Positions 17,186 through 27,087 of a stretch of 64,000 nt of DNA are shown one piece after another. The number at the start of each line of letters is the position of its first letter. Positions within the stretch are counted from its first letter, which is position 1. The position numbers and the translations under genes were made by a program. The notes under the pieces were generated by a model. The model saw only the letters and a program-made list of their open reading frames with translations. It made no database searches and was not told where the DNA came from. The stretch covers positions 64,709 to 128,708 of the forward strand of contig SVSW01000001.1 of assembly GCA_015064095.1 (NCBI GenBank), given 5' to 3'. Source of the DNA: Oscillospiraceae bacterium. GTDB taxonomy: Bacteria > Bacillota > Clostridia > Oscillospirales > CAG-272.

Positions 17186-18517
17186 ATGAAAAATTTTTTC
17201 GGCGATGATCTTTTGCTCTCAACACCGTCGGCCTTAGCGCTTTACGGCACGGTAAAAGACCTTCCTATTATTGATTACCACTGCCATCTGAACGAAAATG
17301 AGATAAAAGCGAAGCATCGCTTTTCTAATCTCGGTGAGCTTTGGCTCGGCGGCGACCACTATAAGTGGCGCGCGATGCGACTTTGCGGAGTTGACGAAAA
17401 ATACATCACGGGCGACGCCGATTATTACGAAAAATACAAAAAATTCGCCGAGATATTCCCGAAGCTCTGCGGCGGTCCTCTTTATTATTTCACACAGCTT
17501 GAGCTGAAAATACTCTTTGGGATCGAGCTTCCCCTATGCTCCGAAAATGCAGACGAGATCTGGGAGCGTGCGAACCGAGTTCTTTCGGAGCTTGATTCAA
17601 ATGATATTCTCAAAAAATTCCGCGTCGAATACGTTGCAACGACCGATGACCCCGCATCTCCCCTCTCGGCGCACGGAAAATACGGTGACACTCTCGTTTG
17701 CCCGACCTTCCGCCCCGACCGCATGCTGCCTCCCGACGACGCGGCTCTCTCGGAGCTTGAGGCGGCGTCCGGCATGACAGTTGACAGCCTTGCAGCTCTC
17801 AAATCGGCTCTCACGAACCGACTTGATTTCTTCATTTCAAGGTCATGCAAAATAGCTGACCACGGCATGGACTTCCCTCCTCTTGCCGATTGCGGCGAAT
17901 GCCGCGCAGAGGCGCTTTTCAAAAAGCGAAACGAGCTTTCGCCAAATGAGCGCCGCGAGCTTTTCTCACACCTGCTTTATTTTCTCTGTGAACTGTATAA
18001 AAAGAACGGCATGACCGTTCAGATCCATTTTGCGACCTTCCGCTGCGTCAATTCCGCGATGCTTCCCGTGACCGGCAAGGATTCGGGCTTTGACATCATT
18101 CGCGGCTCGATCGATCCCGACGAGCTCGTTACCTTCCTTGACACGCTCAGCTCACGCGGCGCACTGCCGAAAACCGTGCTTTACTCGCTTGACCCTTCGG
18201 TCATGCCTGCGGTCGCCACGATGTCGGGAGCCTTCCCGAACGTTCGCATCGGTGCTGCTTGGTGGTTCAATGACACTCTTATGGGAATTCGCCGCCAGCT
18301 TGAGGTGATCTCCGAGTATGCGGTTCTCGGCACAAATCTCGGAATGCTGACCGACAGCCGTTCGTTTGCAAGCTATGCACGCTTTGATTTCTTCCGCCGT
18401 ATTCTTGCCGATTTTGTCGGCGGCTATGTTGAGCGAGGAGAATACGATATGGCGTCGGCAGAGCGGCTGATGCTCGATATTTGCTATAATAACGTTAAGG
18501 AATTTATCGGAATATAA
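17186..18517 (+). CDS. uxaC: glucuronate (uronate) isomerase
   Basis: The 443-aa ORF has LPIIDYHCHL and WLGGDHYKWRAMR..GVDEKYITG, which are characteristic of UxaC. Confidence 0.85.
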   Translation: MKNFFGDDLLLSTPSALALYGTVKDLPIIDYHCHLNENEIKAKHRFSNLGELWLGGDHYKWRAMRLCGVDEKYITGDADYYEKYKKFAEIFPKLCGGPLYYFTQLELKILFGIELPLCSENADEIWERANRVLSELDSNDILKKFRVEYVATTDDPASPLSAHGKYGDTLVCPTFRPDRMLPPDDAALSELEAASGMTVDSLAALKSALTNRLDFFISRSCKIADHGMDFPPLADCGECRAEALFKKRNELSPNERRELFSHLLYFLCELYKKNGMTVQIHFATFRCVNSAMLPVTGKDSGFDIIRGSIDPDELVTFLDTLSSRGALPKTVLYSLDPSVMPAVATMSGAFPNVRIGAAWWFNDTLMGIRRQLEVISEYAVLGTNLGMLTDSRSFASYARFDFFRRILADFVGGYVERGEYDMASAERLMLDICYNNVKEFIGI

Positions 18518-18550
18518 AAAAAGAAGCTGACAAGGTCAGCTTCTTTTTTA
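18516..18550. terminator. bidirectional intrinsic terminator
   Basis: The hairpin AAGAAGCTGAC/GTCAGCTTCTT, with A and T flanks, sits between convergent genes. Confidence 0.7.
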
Positions 18551-18551
18551 T

Positions 18552-18923
18552 TCAGATAAGAGCTTTCTTCTTTGCTTTTTCAGCCTCTATACGGTCATTC
18601 TCCCGCTTAAGCTCAAGCACGCGAGCCTTGAGGATCTCAACCGCTTCGGGATCGGTCTCGCCGTTTTGATAATGGCGAACGATCTCAATATTTTCGGGCC
18701 CGGCACATGCGCAAATAGCCTTGACGACCGCAAGGTGAACGATCGGCTCTTTGAACTGATACATATCGCACAGCTTCATGAAGTTTTCCTTGTTTTTTAT
18801 AGTTCCAAGCTGCTCAAAGACCGCGTCTATCGTATCATACGTTGCGCCCTTTTGAATTATCTTATAGAGCTTTCTGTACTGTTTTTTCTTTCCGTATTTT
18901 GCTATTTTTGCCTCAGATGCCAT
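18552..18923 (-). CDS. hypothetical helical protein
   Basis: ORF 18552..18989 is trimmed to MASEAKIAKYGKK (ATG 18921-18923), which has a GGAGG RBS. I do not recognise a family. Confidence 0.5.
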   Translation of the reverse strand: MASEAKIAKYGKKKQYRKLYKIIQKGATYDTIDAVFEQLGTIKNKENFMKLCDMYQFKEPIVHLAVVKAICACAGPENIEIVRHYQNGETDPEAVEILKARVLELKRENDRIEAEKAKKKALI

Positions 18924-19087
18924 AAATGTATCCTCCAAATCGTTATACACATCTATGATACAGCAAAATAAAATACGCAATGTTAACAAATTGTGTCTTA
19001 TTAATGTATTTTAAAACATTTTTCGAATCTCTTGACATTAATTTTTTGGCATGATATAATCTATCAAACAACTCATGGAGGGTCAAT

Positions 19088-20161
19088 ATGGACACGTATA
19101 AAATGTCAAATTCGTTCGGCGTAAACGATGCTATTTTTTACAGCATAAGAAAAGAGCCCTTTTCAATATACGGGCTTTTTGAGCCCACAAAGAATGCCCC
19201 GTTTCGCCGCTTGCCCGAAAACGTGGCAAAAATGACGAACGAGGGTGTCGCAGCTCTGGCTCTTGACACCGCCGGCGGTCGCGTGCGCTTTTCGACCGAC
19301 TCGCCGTACGTTATAATCAAGCTTGCCTTTCCGAGCGTCAATCGTTTCCCCCATATGCCGCTGACGGGTACTGCGGGCATTGATGTTTACGAGGATACCG
19401 ACGGCGGAAGCAGATTTATAAAGGCGGCAACGCCCGATCTGAGCATCACCGACGGATATGAAATGATAGTAAAGTTTGACCGACCGAAGATGCGCTCGCT
19501 GACCGTAAATTTCCCTTCATATAACCATGTCGACGATATGTTTATAGGTGTTTCGGAAACGGCCCGTCTGCGCTCGGGACGCAAATACATAAACAAAAAG
19601 CCGATCGTCTTTTACGGCAGCTCTATCACCCAGGGGGCATGCTCGTCGCGCCCCGGTATGACATACCAAAATTTAATTTCAAGACGCTATGATCTCGACT
19701 ATATAAATCTCGGATTTTCGGGCTCGGCGCGTGCAGAGGCGGCGATCGTTTCCTACATGGCAAAGCTGCCCATGCTCGCCTTCGTTTCGGATTACGACCA
19801 CAATGCACCAAGCGTTGAGCATCTGAACGACACCCACTCGCGTCTTTACGATGCGATACGTGAGCAAAATCCCGATATACCTTACATCATGATCTCGCGC
19901 CCCGATTTCAACGGCACGGCATCGGATAACGCACGACGCGACGTCGTTATCAACACTTTCCGCCGCGCACGGGAGCTTGGCGACAAAAACGTTTATTACA
20001 TTGACGGTGAGGGACTTTTTGCAGGCCCGCTTTCAGGTGACTGCACGGTTGACGGCACGCACCCGAACGACCTTGGTTTTTCTCTTATGGCAGACCGCAT
20101 CGGACGCGTCGTAGACCGCGCGCTGCGCGACACTGAGTTTGGAGGTAAGAACGATGATTGA
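19088..20161 (+). CDS. SGNH/GDSL-type esterase with N-terminal beta-domain (carbohydrate esterase-like), copy A
   Basis: The 357-aa ORF has SGNH blocks FYGSSITQG, NLGFSGSA and DGTHPNDLGF. The TTGACA-17-TATAAT promoter lies at about 19033-19061. Confidence 0.7.
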   Translation: MDTYKMSNSFGVNDAIFYSIRKEPFSIYGLFEPTKNAPFRRLPENVAKMTNEGVAALALDTAGGRVRFSTDSPYVIIKLAFPSVNRFPHMPLTGTAGIDVYEDTDGGSRFIKAATPDLSITDGYEMIVKFDRPKMRSLTVNFPSYNHVDDMFIGVSETARLRSGRKYINKKPIVFYGSSITQGACSSRPGMTYQNLISRRYDLDYINLGFSGSARAEAAIVSYMAKLPMLAFVSDYDHNAPSVEHLNDTHSRLYDAIREQNPDIPYIMISRPDFNGTASDNARRDVVINTFRRARELGDKNVYYIDGEGLFAGPLSGDCTVDGTHPNDLGFSLMADRIGRVVDRALRDTEFGGKNDD

Positions 20162-21245
20162 AGTACACGAGCATGACCCCAATCTTTTAATCGAAACAAA
20201 CATAGACAAGCCCGATATACGGTTCTTCGATATACGGCGTCCCCCGTTTGACGTATACGGCTTTTATAAGTACGAAACCGAGCCTGAGTTTCACCGACTG
20301 CCGACCGACGTTGCCGCTGCAACCTCTGCCGGGGTTGCTTACAACGAGCGCGAGCCTGCCGGAGGTCGCGTGCGCTTTTCAACAGATTCGCCGTATATTG
20401 CTATATCCGTTGAATATATCCATCTCGGGAGAAGCTCTTATACAACGCTTGAAGCGACAGGAGGCTTTGACCTTTACGAGGATTTCCCGAACGGCATATC
20501 CGAAAGCCGTTTTCTAAAAGCATTTCCCCCCCCTTATTCAACGGACAAAAAATATGAGCAGGTCGTTAACCTGCGCGACCCGAAAAAGAGATATTTCACT
20601 ATCAATTTCCCGATCCATTCGGTGGTCAAAAATGTTTATATCGGAATTGCCGAGTCCTCGTATCTCGGAGGTGGCGCAAAATACAGAAACCGCCTCCCCG
20701 TCGTCGTCTACGGCAGCTCGATAGTTCACGGCACCGGTCCCTCTCGGCCCGGGCTGACCTACACAAACATTCTTTCGCGCCGCTTAAATCTTGATATTCT
20801 CAATCTCGGATTTTCGGGTGACGCAAAAGCCGAGCAAGCCATCGTTGATTATATGGGCAAGCTCCCGATGAGCATTTTCGTTTGCGATTACGACTACAAT
20901 GCGCCCGATGCTGAGTATCTGCTCAAAACGCACAAGGCGATGTACGACTCCTTCCGCGAGCATCAGCCCTTAACACCCTATATTATGATATCGGAGCCGG
21001 ACGCAGCGGGCAGTAGAAGCGCACCGGGACGGCGCGACGTCATTATAGATACGTTCCGCCACGCGCGCGAGCTTGGTGATAAAAATGCTTATTACATCGA
21101 CGGAGAGACCTTCTTCCTCGGACGTGACGAGGGCGACTGCACGATAGACGGCACTCACCCGAACGATCTCGGCAATTCATTAATGGCAGACGGTATCGAA
21201 CGCGTTTTGCGGAAGATACTCGCCGAAGGAAACTGTCTTGAATAA
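20154..21245 (+). CDS. SGNH/GDSL-type esterase with N-terminal beta-domain, copy B (tandem paralog)
   Basis: ORF 20139..21245 is trimmed to MIEVHEHDPN (ATG 20154), which has a GGAGG RBS and overlaps the end of copy A by 8 nt. It has the same blocks as copy A (VYGSSIVHG, NLGFSGDA, DGTHPNDLGN). Confidence 0.7.
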   Translation: MIEVHEHDPNLLIETNIDKPDIRFFDIRRPPFDVYGFYKYETEPEFHRLPTDVAAATSAGVAYNEREPAGGRVRFSTDSPYIAISVEYIHLGRSSYTTLEATGGFDLYEDFPNGISESRFLKAFPPPYSTDKKYEQVVNLRDPKKRYFTINFPIHSVVKNVYIGIAESSYLGGGAKYRNRLPVVVYGSSIVHGTGPSRPGLTYTNILSRRLNLDILNLGFSGDAKAEQAIVDYMGKLPMSIFVCDYDYNAPDAEYLLKTHKAMYDSFREHQPLTPYIMISEPDAAGSRSAPGRRDVIIDTFRHARELGDKNAYYIDGETFFLGRDEGDCTIDGTHPNDLGNSLMADGIERVLRKILAEGNCLE

Positions 21246-21270
21246 AAAAAGGTCGGCTTTCGCCGACCTT

Positions 21271-21855
21271 TTATATTTGCTTTTTTCTGATATTGATCAG
21301 TCTTACGACTATCGGCGCAAGCACGATATTCGTTCCGAGCTCGAAAAGGAAGTTTCCTCCGACAAGTCCGAGCAGCATATACTGAATGACGTTTTCATAT
21401 CCTCCCGCAACGCCCCATGCCTTAATGGCTTCAAAAAAGAACACAAAGCAGCCGATAAGGAAAACTCCCGTATTTACAAGGGGACATACTATCGCCGCTG
21501 CGATCACGGCAACCGTACGGTTATATTTTTCAAGCCATTTATAAATAAGCCCCGCGCAAAATCCCGCAAGCACACCTTTTGCAAGCACGGTTATGACCGT
21601 TCCCGGTGCGTTGATCATCAAAAATGCCGAAGCATCTCCCGAGAAAAGCACCACGAGCCCGAAAACAAGACCCAGCCATGCACCGATCGAAATGCCGCAG
21701 GTCGCAGCTCCGATAACTATGGGTATAAGCACGAGCGATATTGAAAACATGCCCAGATGTATAAACGCGCCCATAAACTGAAGCACGATAACAAGCGCGG
21801 TAAGAACTGCACCGAGCACCATCGTTTTCGTTGAAATCGTTTTTTTGTTTCCCAT
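21271..21855 (-). CDS. ECF-transporter substrate-specific (S) component, substrate unknown
   Basis: The 194-aa protein is a six-helix small integral membrane protein with a typical S-component layout. No ECF A/T genes are nearby. The shared hairpin GGTCGGC/GCCGACC lies at 21244-21274. Confidence 0.5.
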   Translation of the reverse strand: MGNKKTISTKTMVLGAVLTALVIVLQFMGAFIHLGMFSISLVLIPIVIGAATCGISIGAWLGLVFGLVVLFSGDASAFLMINAPGTVITVLAKGVLAGFCAGLIYKWLEKYNRTVAVIAAAIVCPLVNTGVFLIGCFVFFFEAIKAWGVAGGYENVIQYMLLGLVGGNFLFELGTNIVLAPIVVRLINIRKKQI

Positions 21856-21949
21856 TTAAAGCACCTCATTTCCGTGATATTATATCACAGTATGGGGAAA
21901 ATTGCAATAGTTTTTTAAAACAAGCCCCCCGCCGGCGGCGGGGCTTATT

Positions 21950-23074
21950 TTAAACGAGCAGATTCTTGCCGCTTTCTGTGTCAAAAAAATGCATGACCTT
22001 CGAATCGAAGGTAACGTATATCGTTTCTCCGTATGTGAGCGCGTTTCTCTCATCGTCACTTAAAATGATCGTCGGTATACGGACGATGAGGCGGTCACCG
22101 TTTTCTTCTGTCACGTGGAGATGAAGCTCGCTGCCCATCATCTCATTAACGACTATTTTGCAAGGTATTGCGCCCCTATCGCCCTTCTTTGCGAGCACAA
22201 AGTGCTCGGGACGAACACCGAGCGTGATCTCGCCCCCCTCAACACCCTTTTTATTAAGCATTTCGGCCTTTTTCCCCGTGACCTCGATCTTTGCGCCGTA
22301 CGGCTTAACGTAATATTTTCCTCCCTCAAGCACAAGCTCCGTGCAAAAGGTGTTCATCTTCGGCGCACCGATAAATTCCGCAACGAACAAATTATCGGGC
22401 ATATCGAACACCTCTGTCGGCGTGCCGACCTGCTGGATATATCCGTCCTTCATTATTACGATGCGGTCGCCAAGGGTCATAGCCTCCGTTTGATCGTGTG
22501 TTACGTAAATAAATGTGGTGTCGATATTCTTACGGAGCAGAATGATCTCGGCCCTCATTTGATTGCGCAGCTTTGCATCGAGATTGGAAAGCGGTTCGTC
22601 CATAAGAAACACCTTGCTGTCGCGAACCATGGCGCGACCGATTGCCACTCTTTGCCGCTGACCGCCCGAAAGTGCACGCGGCTTTCTCGTTAAATACTCT
22701 GTTATACCGAGTATCTGTGCCGCCTTTGTCACCTTCTCATAAACCTCCTCCTGCGGCGCTTTTCGCAAGCGCAGGCTGAATGCCATATTCTCAAACACCG
22801 TAAGATGCGGATAAAGCGCATAATTTTGGAAAACCATTGCTATATTCCGATCGCGCGGCTGAAGATCGTTCACCACCGCGCCGTCGATCTCAACCGTTCC
22901 CTCGGAGATCTCCTCAAGCCCTGCGATCATTCGCAGAGTCGTGGATTTTCCGCAGCCCGAAGGGCCGACAAAAACAATGAATTCCTTATCGGCAATATCG
23001 AGATTAAAGTCCTGAACCGCGACTGTATCCTTGCCGTATATCTTCTTTACATTGGTTAATTTAACACTTGCCAT
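21950..23074 (-). CDS. sugar ABC transporter ATP-binding protein (MsmX/MalK type)
   Basis: The 374-aa ORF has Walker A GPSGCGKST, the signature LSGGQRQR, Walker B FLMDEPLS and a C-terminal regulatory domain. Confidence 0.85.
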   Translation of the reverse strand: MASVKLTNVKKIYGKDTVAVQDFNLDIADKEFIVFVGPSGCGKSTTLRMIAGLEEISEGTVEIDGAVVNDLQPRDRNIAMVFQNYALYPHLTVFENMAFSLRLRKAPQEEVYEKVTKAAQILGITEYLTRKPRALSGGQRQRVAIGRAMVRDSKVFLMDEPLSNLDAKLRNQMRAEIILLRKNIDTTFIYVTHDQTEAMTLGDRIVIMKDGYIQQVGTPTEVFDMPDNLFVAEFIGAPKMNTFCTELVLEGGKYYVKPYGAKIEVTGKKAEMLNKKGVEGGEITLGVRPEHFVLAKKGDRGAIPCKIVVNEMMGSELHLHVTEENGDRLIVRIPTIILSDDERNALTYGETIYVTFDSKVMHFFDTESGKNLLV

Positions 23075-23095
23075 ATATTTCTACCTTTCTTTTCA

Positions 23096-23974
23096 TTAGC
23101 CCTTAACGGCACCGCCCGTGACGCCCTCAACATAATACTTTTGCAAGCAAAGGAAGACTATCGTGACGGGGATCGCAACGATAACGCCTGCGGCGCAGAA
23201 CATATTGTAATTTGTGTTTACCATGGTCTTTGAAAGCCACTCGAACATACCCACCGCAACGTTCATGCCTTGGCTGTTTTCATGAATGAGATAGCTCGCA
23301 AGCATGAAATCTCCCCAAGGCGCCATAAAGCCCATGAGGACCGTATAGATCACTATCGGCCTTGAAAGAGGCAAAATGATCTTGTAAAACACCTGCGCGC
23401 GCGTTGCACCGTCAACGCGCGCCGCCTCGTCAAGGCTCTTTGGCAGCGTGTCAAAAAAGCCCTTTGAAACGTAATAACCCATTCCGCTGCTGGCACAGTA
23501 TACTATTATAAGCCCAAGCGGTGCCATTTGCATCGTCAGCCCAAGATCGGTGAACACCTTATATATAAGGATCAATGTGAGAAACCCCGGAAACATTCCG
23601 AGAATGAGCATGAAATTCATGAGCCCCCTTCTGCCGCGGAAGCGCAAGCGGGAAAGCACATAGCTCATCGAAAGGACAAAAACGGTTTGAAGCACCGCCG
23701 TGGCAACGCCCATTATCCCCGTGTTCAAAAACCAACGCGGAAAATCCGTTTTTGTGAAAAGCCTTATATAATGATCGAGTCCGAACCGCTTTGGCAAAAG
23801 ATAAGTCGTTTGCATGGACGTTTCCGCTTTAAATGATTCAAGAAGTATTCCGACAAACGGGAAAAGCCAAAGAACGGTCATAATAACGAGGACGGTATAA
23901 ACCACTGTATTTCCGACGCGTCTGCTTGCCCGAGCACCGAGTCCCGTCCTCTTTATTTCGTTGTTTCTCATCAC
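23096..23974 (-). CDS. sugar ABC transporter permease (MalG-like)
   Basis: The 292-aa protein is a multi-TM permease with an EAA-type loop (LDEAARVDGATRAQVFYKIILP). Confidence 0.8.
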   Translation of the reverse strand: MMRNNEIKRTGLGARASRRVGNTVVYTVLVIMTVLWLFPFVGILLESFKAETSMQTTYLLPKRFGLDHYIRLFTKTDFPRWFLNTGIMGVATAVLQTVFVLSMSYVLSRLRFRGRRGLMNFMLILGMFPGFLTLILIYKVFTDLGLTMQMAPLGLIIVYCASSGMGYYVSKGFFDTLPKSLDEAARVDGATRAQVFYKIILPLSRPIVIYTVLMGFMAPWGDFMLASYLIHENSQGMNVAVGMFEWLSKTMVNTNYNMFCAAGVIVAIPVTIVFLCLQKYYVEGVTGGAVKG

Positions 23975-25542
23975 CTGTAATCCTCCTCGTGCTTGGTTGA
24001 CGGAATTACATTATAAATTATAAGCGAGAGCACCGCGACGACGATAAACACGAGAATTCCTATCAAAGATGCCATATAATACTTGCTCTCGCCGCTGTTC
24101 AGCGTCATCTTGTATAGCCACGTTATAAGCAGATCGGTGTAACAGACGGAAACGCCGCCCGCCGTGCCGATCTCGGTGTTTATCAGCTGATTGTTTTGCG
24201 TCAAAAGATAAATAACGTTGAAATTGTTAAGATTGCCGACAAAGCTCGTGAGAAGATACGGGCCCGTGACGAACATCATATAAGGCAGAGTGATCTTTAC
24301 ATACTGTTGCCAAGGCTTTGCTCCGTCGATCCTTGAGGATTCGTAAAGATCCTTGGGAATGTTCATAAGAATTCCCGTTGCTATAAGCATTATATAAGGA
24401 ATTCCGACCCAAATGTTGACGGCTATAAGCAATACCCTTGCAGAGATCGGATTCTGCCAAAGTGAAAGCTGATTTACCGCCACCATGGAGCTCGGTATCA
24501 AATTCCATTCAAGCAAAAGCTTGCCGATAATTCCCGTGGCGTCAAACAGCTTCGCAACGTAAAGAAGCGAAACGAACTGAGGTATCGCTATTGTCATAAC
24601 GAGAACCGTTCGCCAGAATTTTTTGATCTTTATCCCTCTCTTGTTTATCATGATAGCGACGAACATTCCGAGAAAATAATTTGAGAAAGTGGCCAAAAAC
24701 GCCCACATTAGCGTCCATGCGAGTATCTCTCCGAAGGCAAGACCCATTCCGCCGCTTCCGAAATCCAAAAGCTCGTTAAAATGCTCAAGACCGACCCACG
24801 AGAAAAGATTGGAGTAACCGTCGTGCGCGGCGTCATAGCTCGTGAAGGCTATAAGCACCATATAAATTATCGGAAGCACCGTAAAGATCAAAATACCTGC
24901 GACGGGCAAGGAAAGCAAGGTCTTGTGGAATTGATCGTCAAGCAACGAACGAAGATCGTCCTTGCCGCTTTTGATCTTCTTGCCTTTTTTCGTTATATCC
25001 ATGCAAATGCGGCACTGCTTGACCTGAAGGCGCCATGTGTAAATGAACGCAACTATGAATATGACTGTCAAAAGTCCGTAAAGAAGCACCTTGACCGAGT
25101 CATCGCCCGCCACCCAGACCTCGGTGTCGAAGACCTCATCGTAGAATTTGCCGCCCTGAACCGTGCCGACGGTTTTGCCCGTTTGGAAGAATCGGGTTTT
25201 TGCGAGCCAATAAATACCCCCGCTCGGAACGATCATATAGCCGATAAAGATCAGCTCAAACGCAAGAAATAAAATTCCCCGCAGTATCTGACCGTAAAAA
25301 AGATTTCCGAAGCCGAAAACAAAAAACGAAAGCCTGACCGCAAAGTTTCCGTACTTAAATGTGCTCCCTATGTCAACAAATTCATTTTTTATCCCTCGAA
25401 AGACGCGCAAAAACGCACCGCCGACGGAACGGCCGACCCCGCGAAGCCATGCGGGTATCAGGCAAAAGAACAGCCTGAATTTATAGAAAAAAGCTTGAAA
25501 TCTACCAAGCCTCAAATAATCCAGATCGTTTAGTCTTTTCAT
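23971..25542 (-). CDS. sugar ABC transporter permease (MalF-like, extended N-terminus)
   Basis: The 523-aa protein has the EAA loop YESSRIDGAKPWQQYVKITLP. Its stop overlaps the downstream start. Confidence 0.8.
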   Translation of the reverse strand: MKRLNDLDYLRLGRFQAFFYKFRLFFCLIPAWLRGVGRSVGGAFLRVFRGIKNEFVDIGSTFKYGNFAVRLSFFVFGFGNLFYGQILRGILFLAFELIFIGYMIVPSGGIYWLAKTRFFQTGKTVGTVQGGKFYDEVFDTEVWVAGDDSVKVLLYGLLTVIFIVAFIYTWRLQVKQCRICMDITKKGKKIKSGKDDLRSLLDDQFHKTLLSLPVAGILIFTVLPIIYMVLIAFTSYDAAHDGYSNLFSWVGLEHFNELLDFGSGGMGLAFGEILAWTLMWAFLATFSNYFLGMFVAIMINKRGIKIKKFWRTVLVMTIAIPQFVSLLYVAKLFDATGIIGKLLLEWNLIPSSMVAVNQLSLWQNPISARVLLIAVNIWVGIPYIMLIATGILMNIPKDLYESSRIDGAKPWQQYVKITLPYMMFVTGPYLLTSFVGNLNNFNVIYLLTQNNQLINTEIGTAGGVSVCYTDLLITWLYKMTLNSGESKYYMASLIGILVFIVVAVLSLIIYNVIPSTKHEEDYR

Positions 25543-25580
25543 ATAGAGTCCAATACTCCTTGAATGATTTTAAAGGTTTT

Positions 25581-25616
25581 AAAAGGCAGGGGCGCGTAAG
25601 GCGCCCCTGCCTTTAT
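25581..25616 (-). terminator. intra-operon hairpin between binding-protein and permease genes
   Basis: The GC-rich hairpin GGCAGGGGCGC/GCGCCCCTGCC has a short T-run on the minus strand. It likely attenuates transcription after the solute-binding gene. Confidence 0.55.
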
Positions 25617-25682
25617 TATTGCAGTATTTTCTTTGAATTATGCCGAAATAAGCTCTGCTTTATGGGTTGCCCCCGTCCCTTT

Positions 25683-26933
25683 TCAGGTCGTTGTCACGGG
25701 TTTTAGCAGTCCGTTTATCGCAGACTGATAATTTTTCAGCGCAGCCTCGAGCGCCGATTCGTCCTTTGCGCTCTTTGCGGCAGCACCGAGAACTCTCGTT
25801 ATATCCCACCAGCCGCCGTGGATCTGACCCTGAGGCGTACCGTATGCGTTTTGCTTTGCAAGTGCCGCAAGCGAGGGATTGGACTGAACCGCCTCCGATG
25901 CCTGCGCTTTCAGATTTGAGGGCCCCCACTGGAAGCTCTCGTATCTTTGATTTTGACATTCCTCACCCGTGAGATACTGCGCAAGCTTTGAAAGCACCGC
26001 TGCGCGCTTTGCATCGGATTGCGGCTTGACCCCCATAAGCTTATTACCCGTAAACGAGCCGAGGTGATAGTCCTTGCCGTCAACAGAGAACGAGGGCAGA
26101 TCGGTAACTGCGAAATTCTCTCCGAAATGGCTTTCTGCGGTCTCGGCGTTCCATATACCCGTTACGATAGCACCGGTATTTGTAAAAATATCCGCATTGC
26201 TGTCATAACACGGGGATTTTGCGAGCTTTTGCATGCCCTTCATCGCGATAAGGCCCTCGGGGGAATTGAAATTGTCGCTGACCGCCGCAAACGTGCCGTC
26301 CTCGTTCATCGTCCATTCGGATTTGCAGCCCGTGGCAAAGAAGAACGATGCTGTGTACCATGCGTTTTCAAGTCCGTATCGGAATTTTACATTGTTCTTT
26401 TCGCAGTCTGCAATGATATCCTCAAGGCTTTCGGGATTTTTGACTATCGATTTGTCATAATACAGATAATAGCCGTTATCGCTGGTCAGGGGATATGCGT
26501 AGATCGTCCCTCCGACAGATGCCGCCGCAACGGATCCCGCATCGTTATTAGCCCTGATCGTCTCCTGTGCGTTCTTCCCCGGCACGGCAAGCGCCGCCGC
26601 CTGAACAAGACGCGCAAGCTGATCCTGTGCAAAGCAATAGATATCGGGCGCCGATGCAACATCGGCTACGACCCTTGAGCCCGAATCGCCCTCTGCCACA
26701 CCCTCGATCTCGGCGTTTATCACTATCCCGGGATTCGCCGCCTCAAAGGCGTCTATCTGACGTCGAAACTGCTCCGCTACACCTTCCTTTTCGGAAACCC
26801 ACATAGTTATATTGTAAGTTCCCGTAAGATCCATGCCGGCATCGGGATCGCTCTCTGCTCCCATGCAAGAAACAAAATTAAAGCCGAGTATCTGCACCGC
26901 CAACGCCAACGAAAGTATTTTTTTGATTTTCAT
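25683..26933 (-). CDS. extracellular sugar-binding lipoprotein of the ABC system
   Basis: ORF 25683..27062 is trimmed to MKIKKILSLALAVQILGFNFVSC (ATG 26931-26933), which has a GGAGG RBS. It has a lipobox-like VSC and a family-1 SBP-like sequence. Confidence 0.8.
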   Translation of the reverse strand: MKIKKILSLALAVQILGFNFVSCMGAESDPDAGMDLTGTYNITMWVSEKEGVAEQFRRQIDAFEAANPGIVINAEIEGVAEGDSGSRVVADVASAPDIYCFAQDQLARLVQAAALAVPGKNAQETIRANNDAGSVAAASVGGTIYAYPLTSDNGYYLYYDKSIVKNPESLEDIIADCEKNNVKFRYGLENAWYTASFFFATGCKSEWTMNEDGTFAAVSDNFNSPEGLIAMKGMQKLAKSPCYDSNADIFTNTGAIVTGIWNAETAESHFGENFAVTDLPSFSVDGKDYHLGSFTGNKLMGVKPQSDAKRAAVLSKLAQYLTGEECQNQRYESFQWGPSNLKAQASEAVQSNPSLAALAKQNAYGTPQGQIHGGWWDITRVLGAAAKSAKDESALEAALKNYQSAINGLLKPVTTT

Positions 26934-27087
26934 TATTTTTGTCCTCCAAACATAATGTATTAACCGATGAGTAGTATTTGCTATATGTACTTCATATATG
27001 CGTTTTACCGTAAAATCGGCTTTTTGTCGGCGATCACAAAAGCAAAGCTTGATTTCAAGCAATAAAAAAGGCGCGTTTGCGCCTTTT

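Noticed and set aside
21856-21949. A possible vitamin riboswitch upstream of the orphan ECF S-component gene.
   Set aside because: The intergenic space is only about 94 nt, and the terminator hairpin of the upstream ABC ATPase gene occupies much of it. I see no conserved riboswitch core.
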